From Synechococcus sp. UW140 (GTDB lineage: Bacteria; Cyanobacteriota; Cyanobacteriia; PCC-6307; Cyanobiaceae), in NCBI GenBank assembly GCA_943373065.1, contig CALSBA010000009.1:19194-83193 (forward strand): DNA of 64,000 nt. Reading direction: 5' to 3'. The notes beneath the pieces are model-generated. The model had not been told where the DNA came from. It made no database searches and worked only from the letters and a program-made list of their open reading frames with translations. Made by a program: the position numbers and the translations under genes. Positions 62,200 through 64,000 of the stretch are shown in pieces. Position 1 is the first letter of the stretch; each line of letters opens with the position of its first letter.

Positions 62200-63711
62200 T
62201 TATGTTGAAATCCAATTGGCGACCCGTTTGATCCAAGGCTTGCGGATCCATAGGATCCAAAGACCTACAGTCGTCAGGATGGAACCAAAGGCTGAGCCAG
62301 CAAGCACCAACGTTCGCTTTGGTGACGTCGCTTTTTCAGGCAAGGATGGCTCAACAGCGATTTGAATCAGCGGGAATGCTGCAAAGATGTTCGCCTGACC
62401 AAGATCCAGTTTGGCCAATGTGGAGGCAAAGACAGCTTCTGCTATCTGTTCATTCCGTTTAAGGTTCTCCAATGAAGACTGCCTTTGGGACATCAACCTG
62501 AGGCGCCCCTCCAAGGAGCTGATCTGTTGATCAAGCTTGCCAACCTGTGAGGCTGCACCTGAAGCATCTGACTGGTAGTTCACCAAGTTCTGGAATAGTG
62601 AATCGCGACCCGAACTGGCACCAGTCAACGCCAGTCGTGAGAGTGTCTGGGCCGATGGTGGCCGACCAAGCAACTCCTTGGCACGCTGATTCATCGCCTG
62701 TCTGGCAGCCTCTTGCCGCTTGATCTCTTTGAGAATTCGAGGATTATTGCGGCCGAACTTAGACAGTTGGACCTTGAGTATGGACGTCGCTTCGCTGTAG
62801 TCCTTCACATTCTGTTGGAAGATCTGATCAACCTGCAACTTGAACGCATCTGTGGCCTCTGAAGGAGACAGCCCCAGGCTGCGACTCAACTTCTGCAATC
62901 GACTCTCAGCCTGCGATTGCTGAGCGGCAAGTTCGGCTCTCTGTTTGCGAAGCTGTTCAATGTTAGCCGACAGGATTTCAACCTGTTCGGTAGAGGTGAG
63001 TCCAGACTGGCGCTTGTAGGCGGAGACTTGCTTTTGCGCAGTCTCAAGTTTCTGCTGCGTTTCCAGCAGAATCTTCTGCGCTGGACCTTGCCGTTGCTCG
63101 ATCTCACTGACACGCAGCTCATTGAGACGCTCTACCATGGCGTCATGCAACGCATAGGCGCGCTTGCGTGCATCTAGAGGCGATGGACCGGTGGCATCAA
63201 TCTGCATCAGCGTTGTGTTATCAATGTTCTTAATGCGAGGCTTGGCGAAATCCGCCTTAGGAATACTGGCAATCTTTGCAGCCCTTGCCAGAACCTGGTC
63301 GCTAACGAAGATGTATTCGTAGTTGGCACGGGGATCAAATGTAGCCAGGCCAAGGGATTCGTTTGATGCCGTAGCTTGACCAATTTCAGGTAGGCTTAAG
63401 TTCACAGCATTCGCGCTTCCAGGTAAAACTAAAGCAAATGAGCTAGTGTAGACAGGTTTCGCAAGTGCAAGATACAAAATACTGGTACCCCATATCAATC
63501 CATTTGTGCATGTGGATACGAAAAGATAACGACTCCAGCGAAGCTTGTCGGTTCGACTCAGTCTGTTCCACCAACCTTTTGGATCGGGTGCCTTCAACCC
63601 AGGAATATTTCGGAACTGCTCGGCAAACAGTCGCTTCGCCTTGCCCAAGGGTTCTTGCACGGCCTGCACCTTAGGCCTGAGTCGTCTGATGATCGGCGGA
63701 GAGTCTTTCAC
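62200..63711 (-). CDS. Polysaccharide co-polymerase / chain-length determinant (GumC/Wzc-N-like), no kinase domain
   Basis: TM then P.YTSS, long coiled-coil periplasmic region, Pro-rich PSLPEKATSP motif before the C-terminal TM, short tail. Confidence 0.82.
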   Translation of the reverse strand: MKDSPPIIRRLRPKVQAVQEPLGKAKRLFAEQFRNIPGLKAPDPKGWWNRLSRTDKLRWSRYLFVSTCTNGLIWGTSILYLALAKPVYTSSFALVLPGSANAVNLSLPEIGQATASNESLGLATFDPRANYEYIFVSDQVLARAAKIASIPKADFAKPRIKNIDNTTLMQIDATGPSPLDARKRAYALHDAMVERLNELRVSEIEQRQGPAQKILLETQQKLETAQKQVSAYKRQSGLTSTEQVEILSANIEQLRKQRAELAAQQSQAESRLQKLSRSLGLSPSEATDAFKLQVDQIFQQNVKDYSEATSILKVQLSKFGRNNPRILKEIKRQEAARQAMNQRAKELLGRPPSAQTLSRLALTGASSGRDSLFQNLVNYQSDASGAASQVGKLDQQISSLEGRLRLMSQRQSSLENLKRNEQIAEAVFASTLAKLDLGQANIFAAFPLIQIAVEPSLPEKATSPKRTLVLAGSAFGSILTTVGLWILWIRKPWIKRVANWIST

Positions 63712-63717
63712 TCGATT

Positions 63718-64000
63718 CTAGGGAATACTGCGATCATAAATCAAAACAGCTGGATTGAGAAACTGAGTAAAAATGCTAAGGACAGCCTGGAAGTTGGTCA
63801 TCTTGGAGTCATAACAGGCAACACCATCGTCTGCCATGAGATAGGGGTTGTTGGCGTTGTCTGTAGACGCGCGAAGAAGATCTTCTACGCCTCTTTCGTA
63901 GGCAGTCGTCTTGCCCGAGATCCTTTCCGTTCTCACCAGGATGGCTCGGCGTCGCGCATTGGTGACCATGGTTCCACCAGCACAGTTGGCCGAGATCACC
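63718..64000 (-). CDS. C-terminus of a probable Wza-like polysaccharide export protein (partial, continues beyond the window)
   Basis: ANC.GG...NARRRA.LV and NP.LM.DDGVACYDS resemble the SLBB-containing C-terminus of cyanobacterial export proteins. Directly upstream of the co-polymerase. Confidence 0.6.
   Translation of the reverse strand, partial: VISANCAGGTMVTNARRRAILVRTERISGKTTAYERGVEDLLRASTDNANNPYLMADDGVACYDSKMTNFQAVLSIFTQFLNPAVLIYDRSIP

Overview
GC-rich cyanobacterial chromosome segment. Gene content and order suggest a Cyanobium/freshwater Synechococcus-type picocyanobacterium (inference). Positions 1-53.4 kb are mostly core or semi-core genes: zwf-opcA, cobB-acyP, a RecD-like helicase, crtE, folD, a PgpH-like HD hydrolase, a crcB pair, leuA, GH57, an AapJQMP/Nat-type amino-acid ABC transporter with two binding proteins, the NDH-1(3) CO2-uptake genes ndhF3-ndhD3-cupA-cupS, an ion-transport cluster (P-type ATPase, CPA2, KimA-like, RCK_C-SLC13), def, pyrC, murF, glgA and an L,D-transpeptidase. 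Accessory-looking inserts are a PAS-GAF-PAS-GGDEF-EAL gene between crtE and folD and a formyltransferase-NodB-DedA-DUF475 operon. From about 53.4 kb GC falls stepwise across the 3' part of a Wzy-dependent exopolysaccharide locus. Its last two genes are a priming glycosyltransferase with an N-terminal SpoIIAA-type STAS domain and a translationally coupled RsbW-like kinase. This candidate partner-switching control of EPS initiation is the top finding. Other leads are the CO2-uptake operon overlapping into an amino-acid binding protein with an altered pocket, and a possible ArnA/ArnD-like formylate-deformylate-flip operon. No tRNA, rRNA, CRISPR, integrase or transposase was recognised. All calls come from reading motifs by eye; no searches were run.
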